Made by a program: the position numbers and the translations under genes. A stretch of DNA of 64,000 bases. It comes from an uncultured Alphaproteobacteria bacterium. Lineage in GTDB: Bacteria; Pseudomonadota; Alphaproteobacteria; ATCC43930; CGMCC-115725. The stretch lies in contig CAVOWQ010000030.1 of the NCBI GenBank assembly GCA_963700195.1, positions 110,313 to 174,312 on the forward strand, written 5' to 3'. This document shows, piece by piece, positions 33,088 through 44,797 of this stretch. The notes beneath the pieces were generated by a model, which saw nothing but the letters and a program-made list of their open reading frames with translations, did no database searches and was not told the origin of the DNA. Within the stretch, counting starts at the first letter, position 1, and each line of letters opens with the position of its first letter.

Positions 33088-33359
33088 GTTTCCCCCCTTT
33101 ATATTAGGGAAGGTTCTCCGCCTGCCTCCAGACTACCCGGCCGTTCGCCCAATTTTGGGCACTTGCCGACCAAAGTAAAAGCTAAATTTCTGTGAAGCTC
33201 ACAATTTCGCCAAGCCTTCGGCTGGGCCTGCCGACAGGCGCCTTGTCCCGGCAACTGTGAGCTCCTACCTGCCTCGCATACCGGGGCGCGACCCGGCCGG
33301 AATGTCGCGCGGTTCCCAACCGATGGACGGGCCCTGCGGCCGATGCAAACCTTACCTTC

Positions 33360-34756
33360 GTGTCCGACGACAATTCGCTGACCGGCCGCGTGCGGCGCTA
33401 CGCTCAGGTGTCGACCGCGATGGGCGGGCTCGCGGCCCGGCTCGCCGGCGAGCGCTATCTCGGTCTCAACCTCGACCGCGGCCGCCACGCGGCCGAGCTG
33501 AAGGCGGTGCTCGGCGGCATCAAGGGGCCGCTGATGAAGGTGGCCCAGCTGCTCGCCACGATCCCCGACGCGCTGCCCAAGGAGTACGTTCAGGAACTGG
33601 TTCAGCTGCAGGCGAACGCGCCGGCGATGGGCTGGCCGTTCGTCAGGCGGCGCATGGCCGGCGAGCTCGGCGCCGACTGGCGCAGCAGGTTTCGCGAGTT
33701 CGACAGAACGGCAGCGCGCGCCGCTTCGCTCGGGCAGGTGCACCGGGCGACCGCGCTCGACGGGACCCCGCTCGCCTGCAAATTGCAATACCCCGAGATG
33801 GCGTCGGCGGTGGAAGCCGATCTGCGCCAGTTGAAGCTCGCGATGAGCCTCTACGAGCGCTACGACCGGGCGGTCACCACTGCGGAGATCCATGCCGAGA
33901 TCGCGGACCGGCTGCGCGAGGAGCTCGATTACGAGCGCGAGGCCGCGCATATGCGGCTCTATGGCGAGATTCTGCGCGGCGAGCCCGGTGTCGCCGTGCC
34001 CGTGCCGATCCCCGAACTCTCGACCAGCCGGCTACTGACGATGACCTGGCTCGAGGGTGCGCCGATCCTCGATATCGCGAAGCCCCGCTCGAAGAGCGCA
34101 ACGAGATCGCACTGCGCATGTTCCGGATCTGGTACGTGCCGTTCTACTACTACGGCGTGATCCACGGCGACCCGCATCTCGGTAATTACACGGTCGCGCC
34201 GGACAACACCGTCAATCTCCTCGATTTCGGTTGCGTCCGCATCTTTCGCGCCTCGTTCGTCCGCGGCGTCATCGACCTCTACCATGCGCTGCAGCGCGGC
34301 GACCGCGACCTCGCCGTGCACGCCTATCAGAGCTGGGGCTTCGGCAATTTGTCGCGCGAGATCATCGACGTGCTGAACCGCTGGGCGCTGTTCGTCTACG
34401 GTCCGCTGCTCGAAGACCGCGCGCGGCTGATCCAGGAAAAGGCGAGCGGCGTCTACGGCGCTGCGGTGGCCGAGAGCGTGCATAGCGACATCCGCCGGCT
34501 CGGCGGCGTCCGGCCGCCGCGCGAATTCGTGTTCATGGACCGCGCCGCAATCGGGCTCGGCTCGGTCTTTCTGCACCTGAAGGCGGAAATCAACTGGTAC
34601 CGGTTGTTCCACGAGCTGATCGAGGATTTCGACGAGGCTGCACTCGCGGCCCGCCAGCAGGCCGCCTTGAAGGCGGCCGGGGTGCCGGACGGCGGCGTCC
34701 CGCCCGCGCGCCGCGGGAGAAAGGCTCGTCGTCCGATTGACCAAAAGCCGCTTTGA
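33360..34756 (+). CDS. ABC1/UbiB-family atypical kinase; apparent 1-nt deletion-type frameshift in the C-run at 34083-34086
   Basis: GTG start. GPLMKVAQLLATIPDALPKEYVQEL..ASLGQVHRA..ELDYEREA..WLEGAPILDIA, then PLEERNEIALRMF..GVIHGDPHLGNY..LLDFG. ABC1 kinase motifs over two frames. Confidence 0.85.
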
Positions 34757-34821
34757 CCCGGTCTTGCGCTGGCGGCACTAGGCGGGCACAATCCGCAAAT
34801 CCAACCAGCGGTCGACCTGGC

Positions 34822-35133
34822 ATGCGACTGTTTTTTGTTCTCGCGCTTCCTGCGGTGCTCTCGAGCGCTTGCACGCCTTTCATCCCGATCAAGGACGCGT
34901 TCAGCACCAGCGCGGTCAAGCCCACCGGCAACATCCCGCCGGAATTTGCCGAGTTCAACCGTTACGACCCACAGGTCAACGCGGTAGTGAGCGACCAGAT
35001 GTGCGCCACTCCATACTTCCTGGACACCGAGAAGTCGCTGCGCGCCACGCCCGGCGAGTTCGTCGCTTGGAGCGGGCGCTGCGAGCAGTACGAAATCCGG
35101 CTCGACAATTTGGCTGAGCATTTCACTCCGTAA
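34822..35133 (+). CDS. small lipoprotein, function unknown
   Basis: MRLFFVLALPAVLSSAC has a signal peptide plus a lipobox-like LSSAC. 103 aa with two further Cys. No family recognised. Confidence 0.55.
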   Translation: MRLFFVLALPAVLSSACTPFIPIKDAFSTSAVKPTGNIPPEFAEFNRYDPQVNAVVSDQMCATPYFLDTEKSLRATPGEFVAWSGRCEQYEIRLDNLAEHFTP

Positions 35134-35135
35134 CG

Positions 35136-35246
35136 GCCCCTCACCCCAACCCTCTCCCCGCAGGCGGGGCGAGGGAGTAGGCCGGTAAACCCTCGCCCTG
35201 CCTGCGGGGAGAGGGAGGGGCCCGCGTCAGCGGGAGGGTGAGGGGC
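35136..35246. repeat. REP-like repeat cluster (family A)
   Basis: cccctcaccccaaccctctccccgcaggcggggcgaggga..ccctcgccctgcctgcggggagagggagggg..gggagggtgagggg. Confidence 0.8.
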
Positions 35247-35357
35247 CGCACCCCACGATAACGCGATGGCCCGCACCGCAGCGAATCCGCTTCCAGGAAG
35301 AAAGGCGGCACGTGCTACGTTGTGGCTTCACCAACGGGTCGGCGAAGCAGCTCCAGC

Positions 35358-36357
35358 ATGTCAGAGGCGGTTCTGGTCACGGGTGGGGCCGGTTACATCG
35401 GCAGCCACGCCTGCAAGGTATTGGCGCGGGCCGGATACCGTCCGGTGGTTTTCGACAATCTTTCGCGCGGTCACCGCGAGGCGGTGCGCTGGGGGCCGTT
35501 GGTCGAGGGCGACCTCGCGGAACGCAGCAAACTCGCTGCGGCGCTTGACCGGCATCGCGTCTCGGTCGTGATGCATTTCGCGGCCTACGCCTATGTCGGC
35601 GAATCGGTCACCGATCCGGCATTGTATTATGCCAATAACCTCGGCGGGTCCCTGTCGTTGCTCGATGCGATGCGGGAGGCCGGGGTCGACAAAATTGTCT
35701 TCTCGTCGACCTGCGCGACCTACGGCACTCCCGCCCAAGTGCCGATCCGCGAGACCATGCCCCAATTGCCGGTCAACCCTTACGGCGAGACCAAGCTGGC
35801 GATCGAGCGCGCGCTCCACTGGTACGGCGAGGCCTACGGTCTGCGGTGGGTGTCGCTGCGTTATTTCAATGCTGCCGGCGCCGATCCCGAAGGCGAGATC
35901 GGCGAACGGCACGAGCCCGGAGACGCATCTCGTCCCGCTCGTTCTGGAGGCGGCGCTCGGAGACCGGCCGCAAATCGACATCTATGGAACCGATTACCCG
36001 ACCCCGGACGGGACGGCGATCCGCGACTACATTCATGTCCAGGACCTCGCCGAGGCGCATCTGCGCGCGCTGGAACATCTCGGCGCCGGGCGGCAGAGCG
36101 TGGCGCTCAACCTCGGCACCGGCCGCGGTCATTCGGTGCGCGAGGTGATCCGGACTGCCGAGGCGGTCAGCGGCAAATCCATCCCGTGCCGCGAAACCGC
36201 ACGAAGGCCCGGCGATCCGCCGGTACTGGTCGCCGATCCCGGTCTCGCGGCCGAGCTGCTCGGCTGGCGCGCCCGCGTCTCGGATCTCGACACGATCGTT
36301 CGCACCGCTCTGGCTTGGCATGTGAGCCGCTCCGCGCAATCTCGACGCGCGGAATGA
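35358..36357 (+). CDS. galE: UDP-glucose 4-epimerase; apparent frameshift near 35917-35920
   Basis: VLVTGGAGYIGSH..SSTCATYG..PYGETK..RYFNAAGADPEGEIGERHEP, then ETHLVPLVLEAALGDRPQIDIYGTDYPTPDGTAIRDYIHVQDLA. Canonical GalE split over two frames. Confidence 0.9.
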
Positions 36358-36436
36358 AATTCATGATCGCCCGTTATGCGAGCGCCGCCCCGCTCGCGGG
36401 TTGGCTGCCGCTGCAGGCATCCCTGGAGCTTCCGTC

Positions 36437-39036
36437 ATGACAATGGTCGAAACCGAAGAGGTTGTGGCGCAGCCTCTTTCGGCGGCAGCAGCAAAGCTTG
36501 ACCCTTCCGCTCCGGTCCGGGTGCAGGGCAAGTTCTTTTTTGTCGGCGACAAAAAGCACTTCGTCAAAGGCGTCACTTACGGCCCTTTCCCAAAGGGCAG
36601 TCATGGGGCGCAGTTCCCCGAATACGCGGTCGTCGATACCGATTTCGCACTGATGGCCGAAGCCGGCATCAACACCGTCCGGGTCTTCACGGTGCCGCCG
36701 CTCTGGCTGCTCGACGCCGCGCAGCAGGCCGGTTTGAAGATCCTCGTCGGACTGCCGTGGTCGCAGCACATCGCCTTTCTCGACAGCCCGGCAACGCAGC
36801 AGCAGATCCGCGAGGCGGTGATCGCCGGAGTGCGGGCTTGCAATCGTCACCCGGCGGTCTTCGCCTATCTGATCGGCAATGAGATCCCGCCCGATATGGT
36901 GCGCTGGCACGGCGCCGACGCGGTGCGCAGCTTCTCTCAGAAGCCTCGTCACCTGCGCCAAAACCGAGCATCCAGAGGCGCTCGTCAGCTACGCCAATTA
37001 TCCATCCACCGAATATCTGACGGTCGATTTCACCGATTTCATCTGCTTCAACGTCTATCTGCACGACCAGCCCGCCTTCCGCCGATACATCGCGAGGCTG
37101 CACAATGTCGCTCTCGACCAGCCGCTGGTGCTGACCGAATTCGGTGTCGATTCGTTCGGCGAGGGAGAGGAGGAACAACGGCGCGTCCTGTCCTGGCAGG
37201 TGCACACCGCCTTCGAGGCCGGCGTCGCGGGCACCTTCATCTTCGCGTGGACCGACGAATGGTTCACCGGCGGTCATCTGGTCGAGAATTGGGCCTTTGG
37301 TCTGGTCGACCGGGAGCGCCGGCCGAAACCGTCCTTCGACGAGGTGGTGCGCCAATACACCGGCATCTTGCCGCCGCCTTTGCGGCGTTACCCGCGGGTC
37401 TCGGTCGTCGTCTGCGCCTACAATGCCGAGCGGACGATGGATCAGTGCCTGGCTTCGCTCGCAGTGCTCAACTACCCGGATTACGAGGTCATCGTCGTCA
37501 ATGACGGCTCGCGCGACCGAACACTGGAGATCGCCGAGAGCTACGAATATTGCCGCATCATCAGTCAGCCCAATAAAGGATTGAGCGCCGCCCGCAATGT
37601 CGGGGCCGAGGCGGCGACCGGCGAGATCGTGGCTTACACCGACAGCGACTGCGTCGCCGACCCCGACTGGCTGACCTACCTCGTCGCCAAGATGGAAGCG
37701 GGCAATCTGGCCGCCTGCGGCGGGCCGAATTTCCCGCCGCCCGAGGACAATCTGGTCCCCGCCGCCGTCGCGGTCGCCCCCGGCGGTCCGACCCATGTGC
37801 TGATCAGCGACGAAGTCGCCGAGCACATCGCCGGCTGCAACATGGCGTTCCGGCGCGACGTGCTGCAGCAGCTCGGCGGGTTTGATCCGATCTATCGCGC
37901 CGCCGGCGACGATGTCGACATCTGCTGGCGTTTCCAGGACGCGGGCTACACGATCGGGTTCAGCCCGGCCGCCGTGGTTTGGCACTTCCGCCGAAATACG
38001 GTGGCGGCTTATTGCGCCCAGCAGCGTGGTTACGGCAAAGCCGAGGCGCTCGTCTATTCGAAGCACCCGTTCCGCTTCAACCTGTTCGGACAGGCGAAGT
38101 GGCTCGGCCGCATCTATGGCGACCTCTCCACCTCGTTGCTGCTGTCGCGTCGCCCGGTCATCTATTCGGGGGTGTTCGGGCGCGGTCTGTTTCAGACGCT
38201 CTACGAACCGCCTTCCTCCTTGACTGCGTTCCTGCCGTTGAGCTTCGAATGGAGCGCCGCCTCACTGCCGCTCGCCTTGGGGGGAATCATCGGCGGCGGG
38301 TGGTGGTGGTTGCTGACCGTTCCCGCTTCTCGTCACCTGGGTCATGTGCGTCAACGGCGCCCGCAAGGCGCCGATCGACAAACGGTTTACCGGCCTCAAA
38401 GCCCGAGCCTTGGTCGCCCTGTTGATCTATCTCGGACCTCTGCTGCGCGGCTGGGAGCGCATCAAATGGCGCCTCAAGGAGATGCGAACGCAGGACCATA
38501 TCGGCCCGGTCGCGACCGAGCAGCGCGCCCGCATCTGCTGGGCTGCCCGCGCATTCCATCTCTCCTATTGGAGCGAAGCCGGAACCGAGAAGGAGGCGCT
38601 GATCGGCGGATTGATGGAGTTTCTCGTGCCGCAGAAATACTTCGTCGTGCCGGATACCGGTTGGAGCAATTGGGACCTGAAGATCTCGCGCGGTCTGTGC
38701 AGCCGCGCATTGGTCCTCGTCTGCACCGAGAACCACGGCGGCGCAAAGCGGCTGTTGCGGGTGCGCTGCGCGATGCGCTTTTCGCGCTTCGCGTCGTTTC
38801 TGCTGCGCAGCTGCGCTGCGCTGACGGCCTTCGCGCTGATCCTCGGCTGGCCGCTGACGGCGGCCGCGATCGGCGCCGTCGGGCTGATCAGCTCCGCGGC
38901 GATGGTTTGTCAGCTCGTCGGTTTTGGCAGACTGATGCACCGCATCGTCGAGGCGGTCGCCAAACAGGTGCCGCTGATCCCGGTCGAGCCGGTGGCAAGC
39001 GCCCCATTGCCGATCCGCGCTCCCCGCACGGTCTGA
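36437..39036 (+). CDS. fusion protein: clan GH-A glycoside-hydrolase-like TIM barrel + family 2 (processive-type) glycosyltransferase + C-terminal membrane domain; two apparent frameshifts (about 36943 and about 38318)
   Basis: N-terminal VKGVTYGPF..GINTVRVF..YLIGNEIP (acid/base-like NE) and LVLTEFGVDS (nucleophile-like TEFG). GT2 core VSVVVCAYNAE..VIVVNDGS..AYTDSDC..GCNMAFRR..GDDVD..QQRGYG. Then hydrophobic WWWLLTFPLLVTWVMCV..FALILGWPLTAAAIGAVGLI. Start uncertain (36401 or 36437). Confidence 0.8.
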
Positions 39037-39038
39037 TT

Positions 39039-40825
39039 TTGCTGACGAAACTTCTGCCCTATCTGCGGCCCTATTGGTGGCGGGTTGCCTGGGCGCTTGC
39101 GCAGGTCTTCCTGATCGCCGGCTTCGAGCTCCTGAAGCCGTGGCCGCTGCAGGTGGTCATCGACAATGTGCTCGGCGGCAAGCCGCTTCCGATTGCCGCA
39201 TTGGCGTCCACGTCCCCGAGCGGGACTGCTGCTGCTCGCCTGTCTCGGCATTATCGTCGTGCATCTCGGCGCCGGAGCGCTGACCCTGCTGCACAACTAC
39301 ACGACGATCGGCGTCGGGCAGCGGATGGTCAACGACTTGCGCGGCGCGCTCTACGCTCACCTGCAGCGGCTGTCGCTCGCCTTTCACAGCCGGCAACGGG
39401 TCGGCGATCTGCTCTATCGGATCACCGCGGACAGCTTTGCCGTCCAGACCATGATCATGAACGGCGTGCTGCCGATCCTGTCGGCCGCCGTGCTGCTCGG
39501 CGGCATGCTCGTCGTTCTGCTGCCGCTCGATCCGACATTGACGCTGTTGTCGCTGACGGTCGTTCCCTTGCTGTTTGGCCTGATTTTCGGCTTCAACCGA
39601 AAGATCGTCGATGTCGCGACCGAGGTGCGCAACACCGAAAGCCGCGTCTATTCCGTCGTGCAATGGGCGATGTCGTCGATCAAGCTGGTCCAGGCCTTCA
39701 CCAAGGAGGACGAGGAGCATCGGCGCTTTATGGGCGCGAGCGGGGAGAGCCTGCGGGCAACCCTGCGGCTCTACAGCTGGCAGACGCTCTATTCGGGAGC
39801 CGTCAACCTGGTGATTGCCGGCGGCACCGCGCTCGTCGTCTATGCCGGGGCGCGCGCCGTCATGTCGGGGAGGCTGTCGGTCGGCCAGCTGATCGTTTTC
39901 ATCTCCTATCTCGCCCAGCTCTATGCGCCGATCAACCAGATCACCCAGAGCTGGGGGCTGATCGCCGGCGCCCGGGTCGGGGCGCGCCGGGTTTTCGACG
40001 TGCTCGACACCGAGGCCGATCTCAAAGACGGGAGCCGCAGCTTTCCTGCGGAAGGAGCGCGCGGCGACATCGCCTGGCGCAATGTCTCGTTTCGCTACCG
40101 GCCGGAGACACCGGTGCTGAACGGCGTCGAGCTCCGCGTGCCGGCCGGCGCCAAGATCGCCGTGATCGGCCCGACCGGCGCCGGCAAGTCCACGCTTCTC
40201 GGGCTGCTGCCGCGGTTCTTCGATCCATCGGCCGGGGTGGTGGAGATCGACGGCGTCGATCTGCGCGAATACAAGCTGAAGTCGCTGCGCAGCCAGATCT
40301 CGATGGTATTGCAGCCGCCGCTGATCTTTCCGCTTTCGGTGCGCGACAATATCGCCTACGGCCGGCCCGGCGCGCCCGATGCCGAGATCGAAAGGGCGGC
40401 TCGGCTGGCGCGGATCCATGATTTCATCGCCTCGCTGCCGGACGGGTACGACACGGTGATCGGGCGAATCCGGGGTGACGTTTTCCGAAGGAGAAAAGCA
40501 GCGGATCACGATTGCCCGTGCACTGCTGCGCGACGCGCCGATTCTGATCTTGGACGAGCCGACCTCGGCGCTCGACGTCGCGACCGAGGCGCTGGTGATG
40601 GCCGGGATCGAGCGGCTCGTGGCGGCGCGGACGACCTTTATCATCGCCCACCGGCTGTCGACGGTGCGGCGCTGCGACCGCATCGTCGTGTTGCGCGACG
40701 GCGCCATCGTCGAGGAGGGAACGTTGCCCGAACTGCTGCGCCGGGACGGTGTCTTCGCGGAGTACTACCGCACCCAATTCGCGCCCGAGGCCGAGCACGA
40801 CGCCGAGATGCGCCTCGACGCCTGA
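39039..40825 (+). CDS. ABC exporter, fused permease/ATPase (MsbA/NdvA-like); two apparent frameshifts (about 39225 and about 40460)
   Basis: TTG 39039 lies 2 nt after the upstream stop. LTKLLPYLRPYWWRV.. six-TMS domain. Walker A GPTGAGKST. Signature FSEGEKQR and Walker B ILILDEPTSALD are in a third frame. Confidence 0.85.
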
Positions 40826-41151
40826 CGAGCCGAGCATTCGTCGCTAGAAGGCACAGCGAACGCGCGACGCCGCGTAAAATATCTCCAGTATGAAACCATC
40901 GCGCACGCTCCTGCGATTAGTCGCGGCCTGGCAAGAGCTTGCCCACAGCATTTGGTCTTGACTTGCCGAATAAGGTTAACGGCGCCTCCAGTCGGCGCAC
41001 AAATTAACGATTGATTGTTGCAAAGCAATGATCGACCCCCTAGGGTGGCCCCTGTCGAAAGCCGCAACGGCGCTTGACTTGATCTAGCCGAGACCTGGTT
41101 CCTTGAGTCTCAGGGGACATCCACGGTTCGGCGGTATGGGGGAAGGGGGAA

Positions 41152-42321
41152 ATGGTCGCCGAAACACCGAGCCGGGGAAGCAGGCGCTTCCCCGAAATTC
41201 GCATCAATTTGCGCACGGGCAGCCGATCGTCGCAGATCTTTTTGCCGCCGTCTGTGCAGGTCGCGGCAGCATCGGCCGTCGTCGCGCTTGTTGTCGCGGT
41301 TTGTTTTTTCGCAGTCGACCGGCCCGGCTATGAGCGCGCCCTGGCCGACAAGGAAGCGGCCATGGTCCGCGCGGAAACGGCCAACGCCGATCTGCAGGAC
41401 GAAGTGGCGAGCCTGCGCGATAAGCTTGCTCTCGCCGCCCGCGATCGCCAGCAGGCGACCGCGATCTGGACCGGGCCTTAAGCGATAGAGATCGGCTGCG
41501 GGCTCGGGTCGCGGAAATCGAACAAAAACAATCGCAGCTCGATGTCGGACACCGGCAGAAATGGACGGGCGTTTTCCGTCTGGCAGAGCTGATCGAGACG
41601 GACCCCTCTCAATCGGCGGCCGGTCTGCCACGGCCCGAGATCGCTGATTTCCGATGCGCCGCCGGAACCGAAAGACCAATCGCGCAGCGTTGCAGACCTC
41701 GCCCGCCAAGCCGTCGCGGAAGTTCGGCGCTTGCTCGCCTCGACCGGTCTGAATGTCGACCGCCTGTTCCCGCAATTGGCCCAAGACCGCGGCGGCCAAG
41801 GCGGTCCCTTTGTGGCGCCGCCGAAAGCCGATCCGCCGGACGCGATGACGCCGGACAAGATGGAGGAGCTCCGCAGCTTGATGAAATCGCTGCCGCTGTC
41901 GGTGCCGCTCGATTATTATCAGCTCGAGAGCCGGTTCGGCCCGCGCCACGATCCGTTCAATCACCGCTCGTCGTTCCACACCGGGATCGATCTGTCGGCG
42001 CCCTACATGTCCCCGGTTCATGCCACCGCAGCGGGGATCGTGACCTACGCCGGCTATTACAGCGACTACGGCAAGGTGGTCGAGATCGATCATGGAAACG
42101 GCATCGCCACCCTTTACGCCCATCTTCACCGCTATATCGTTTCGGTCGGGCAAAGGGTCGCCGAGCATGAGCAGGTCGGCTTTCTCGGCAGCTCCGGCCG
42201 CAGTTCCGGCCCCCATGTGCACTATGAGGTCCGGGTCAACGACGAACCGCAGGATCCCGAAAAGTTCATCGGCCTGGCCCGCGTGATCCCAGCCGCGGAA
42301 AGTAGAGTGGAAGGCCGTTAG
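41152..42321 (+). CDS. M23 family metallopeptidase with N-terminal TM and coiled-coil region; two apparent frameshifts (about 41455 and about 41650)
   Basis: N-terminal TM VAAASAVVALVVAVCFFAV and coiled coil (ADLQDEVASLRDKLALAARDRQQA / DRDLDRALSDRDRLRARVAEIEQKQ). C-terminal FHTGIDLSAP..GKVVEIDHGNG..YAHL..GSSGRSSGPHVHYEVR are M23 motifs. Confidence 0.8.
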
Positions 42322-42497
42322 TGGCGGCGGCGTCGAATTCCCTGCCGCCAAGGGAAAACACGCGGAAATCTTTGCCTCGACCCCGAAAACGGGGGTTGCG
42401 ACATTCCCTGGGCATGCCGGCAGGGAAATTACTCTGCCTGCTCCAGGCTGCGGGACAATGATACCATCTATATCACGCTGCCCTCGCCGACGCCTCC

Positions 42498-42710
42498 TCA
42501 TTCGATCACCTCGTCAGCGCGGGCGAGGATCGATTGCGGCACGGCGAGGCCAAGTGCCTTGGCGGTGTTGAGATTGAGGACGAACTCGTACTTGGTTGGC
42601 TGCTGGACGGGCAAATCACCGGGCTTCTCGCCCTTGAGAATACGATCGACGTAGAGCGCCGCCCGCCTAAACAGATCCGGAATATCAATACCGCACGAAA
42701 GCAAAGCGCC
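42498..42710 (-). pseudogene. C-terminal remnant (about 70 aa) of an ABC transporter substrate-binding protein (ABC_sub_bind family)
   Basis: [70 protein letters not shown] is the conserved C-terminus of this family. Upstream sequence is replaced by a palindromic repeat. Confidence 0.7.
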
Positions 42711-42738
42711 GCTCTGTACCAGGAACGATAGTAGATCC

Positions 42739-42817
42739 TGTAGGATGGGTTGAGCGTCGCGAAACCCATCGCTCGACTGGAGACGATGGGTTTCGCTTTC
42801 GCTCAACCCATCCTACA
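42739..42817. repeat. palindromic repeat (family C)
   Basis: Inverted arms tgtaggatgggttgagcg (42739-42756) and cgctcaacccatcctaca (42800-42817), with inner gaaacccatcg / cgatgggtttc arms. Confidence 0.7.
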
Positions 42818-43056
42818 ACCACAACTCTTTCCCGTTGAATCATCTGAATGGTTCTGAGCACTAGATCGTCGTTGACGCTCAGATCTTTAATGTATTGGTC
42901 TACTTCCGACGGATAACTCTGCCCAGTTGTGACCTGAGGAGCGGTAAAGCCATTAGCGGGAGCGGTGGCGATATACTTTGCCATCCGCTTCGCAAACTTG
43001 GGACGCGTATCGGAATCTTCAGACAAATTCCCTTGGAGTTGGGACCAGCCTGAGCG

Positions 43057-43817
43057 CTACCAGGCCGTCCAGCCGCCGTCGACGAGGAGGCTCGATCCAG
43101 TAACGAGGGCGGCGGCGGGCGAGGCGAGGAAAACGACCGCCGTCGCCACCTCCTCGACCGTGCCGACGCGGCCGAGTGGGATACGATCGCGGATCCATTT
43201 GCGAGTGTCAGGGTCGTCAAGGAACGGCTTCGACAGCGGCGTCTCGACAAAGGTCGGGGCGATCGAGACGACGCGCACCCCTTTAGGCGCCAATTCGACC
43301 GCCATCGCCTTGGTCAGGCCTTCGAGCGCGTGCTTGGTCATCACGTAGACCGTGCGGTCGCGCTCCGAGCCGACATGACCCATCTGCGACGACACGTTGA
43401 TGATGACGCCGTTGCCCTGGGCGACCATCAACCGCGCCGCCAATTGAGCGACAATGAACGCCGCTCTGACGTTGAGCCCGAGCAGCAGGTCGAGGGTCGG
43501 CTCGTCGACTTCGAGAAAGGGCTGTGGCCGGTTGATGCCGGCATTGTTGACGAGGATGTCGAGCCGGCCGAGGCCGGCAACGCGTCGCGCACTTCGTCCG
43601 AGCGCGTCACGTCGAGCACTATCGTCCGCGCCTTGCCGCCGCGCGATGCGATTGCATCTACGACTTCGTCGAGTTCGCTCTTGGTCCGGCTCACCAGCAC
43701 CAGCTCCGCGCCTGCCGCGGCAAGAGCCAATGCGCAGGCACGGCCGATGCCGCGTCCGGCGCCGGTCACGAGCGCATTCTTGCCGTCGATGCGAAACGCA
43801 CTATCGGCGGATTTCAC
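43057..43817 (-). CDS. SDR family oxidoreductase; apparent deletion-type frameshift near 43575-43585
   Basis: GTG 43817 after [20 protein letters not shown], then [36 protein letters not shown] in a second frame. Confidence 0.85.
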
Positions 43818-44782
43818 CGGCGTAGGACTCCAATAAGCGCCACGCCGTAGGCCCTGCCTTTTCTTGCCAGCTGGCGTAAAATTCTCCGAGCCTTGCCCGG
43901 AAGCTGTCCGGTGTCGGCGGTGTTGACCTGCATCCCACGGCGCGCCAACTCCTCGGCGCCGGCCGCATTCACCTGCTCGATGTCGTCGCGCTGCAGCAGT
44001 GCGTATTTCTCGGCATTGCGCTCGACGACCTCTTGCAGTGTGCGCGGCAGAGCACGCCACGCCGCGTCATTGGCCAGCAAGGTAAAGCCCGACCACCAAT
44101 GCGCGGTCAGGCTGAGATAGGTCTGCACCTCATAGAGCCGCAGTGACAACACGACGCCGAGCGGGTCGCTCTGCCCGTCGAAATTGCGCGCCTTCAGTGC
44201 GTCGTACATCTGGCTGAACGGGACATAACCCGCCTCCGCCCCAAACGCCTCGAAGAAATCGCGTGCGATCGCACCGCCCGGACTGCGGATCTTCGCCCCA
44301 GCAAGATCGGCGGCGATGTTGATCGGCCGGATGCTGGTCGTCAGGTGATGAAACCCGTTCTGCAGGCAATGACGGAAGGCGTGGATCCCGTTTTGCGCCA
44401 GCTCGCTGCGGATCCGGTCGCCGAGCGCGCCGTCGAGCGCGGCGAACACGGCCTTCGAATCACGAAACGCAAAAGGCAGCAGTGGCAGAGCGCTGGTGGG
44501 CGCGACCTCGCCGAGCGTTGCCCCCGCCATGAAGAATTCGAGCGCGCCGCTGCGCAAATCGGCGAACATTTTGGGGTCGGGCCCGAGCCGGCTCTCGGGA
44601 AACACCTCGACCTGGAATTCCCCGCCGGTCTCTCGAAGGATCGCCTGCGCCATTTCGGTGATTCGCCGGACGGTGGGGCTGGCGGCAGGCTGGTTGAGGC
44701 CGAAGCGATAGTGAAATCGCGGCGTCTTATCGATCGACATCAGTTGATGATAGTCGACGACAGCAGTCGCGGAAAGCTGCAC
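43801..44782 (-). pseudogene. TRAP-type (DctP family) solute-binding protein without signal peptide and without DctQM partners; apparent frameshift near 43885-43900
   Basis: FHYRFGLNQPAASP..RLGPDPKMFADLRSGALEFF..YDALKARNFDGQSDP typical DctP. The ORF opens (GTG) only 15 nt after the tetR stop with no hydrophobic leader. The C-terminal [26 protein letters not shown] is in another frame and overlaps the SDR start. Confidence 0.65.
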
Positions 44783-44797
44783 GCCGGCCTAGGGCTG

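Noticed and set aside
36879-40421. 1180-aa ORF that looks like one giant protein
   Set aside because: Only roughly residues 20-480 (end of the GH-like domain plus the GT2 core) are in the true frame. After about 38318 it is an out-of-frame read-through of the synthase C-terminus and the ABC exporter gene, seen as a low-complexity Arg/Pro/Ala-rich translation. The real products are recovered by frame switching.
40826-41151. Promoter-like TTGACT boxes, a TTGC-N3-GCAA palindrome and TTAAC repeats upstream of the M23 gene (possible CtrA-type sites)
   Set aside because: The spacings do not fit the TTAA-N7-TTAA consensus. The motifs are short enough to occur by chance in this less GC-rich stretch.
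41110-42501. 463-aa minus-strand ORF
   Set aside because: It is antisense to the M23 peptidase gene, whose catalytic motifs are unambiguous on the plus strand. It has no domain and biased composition.
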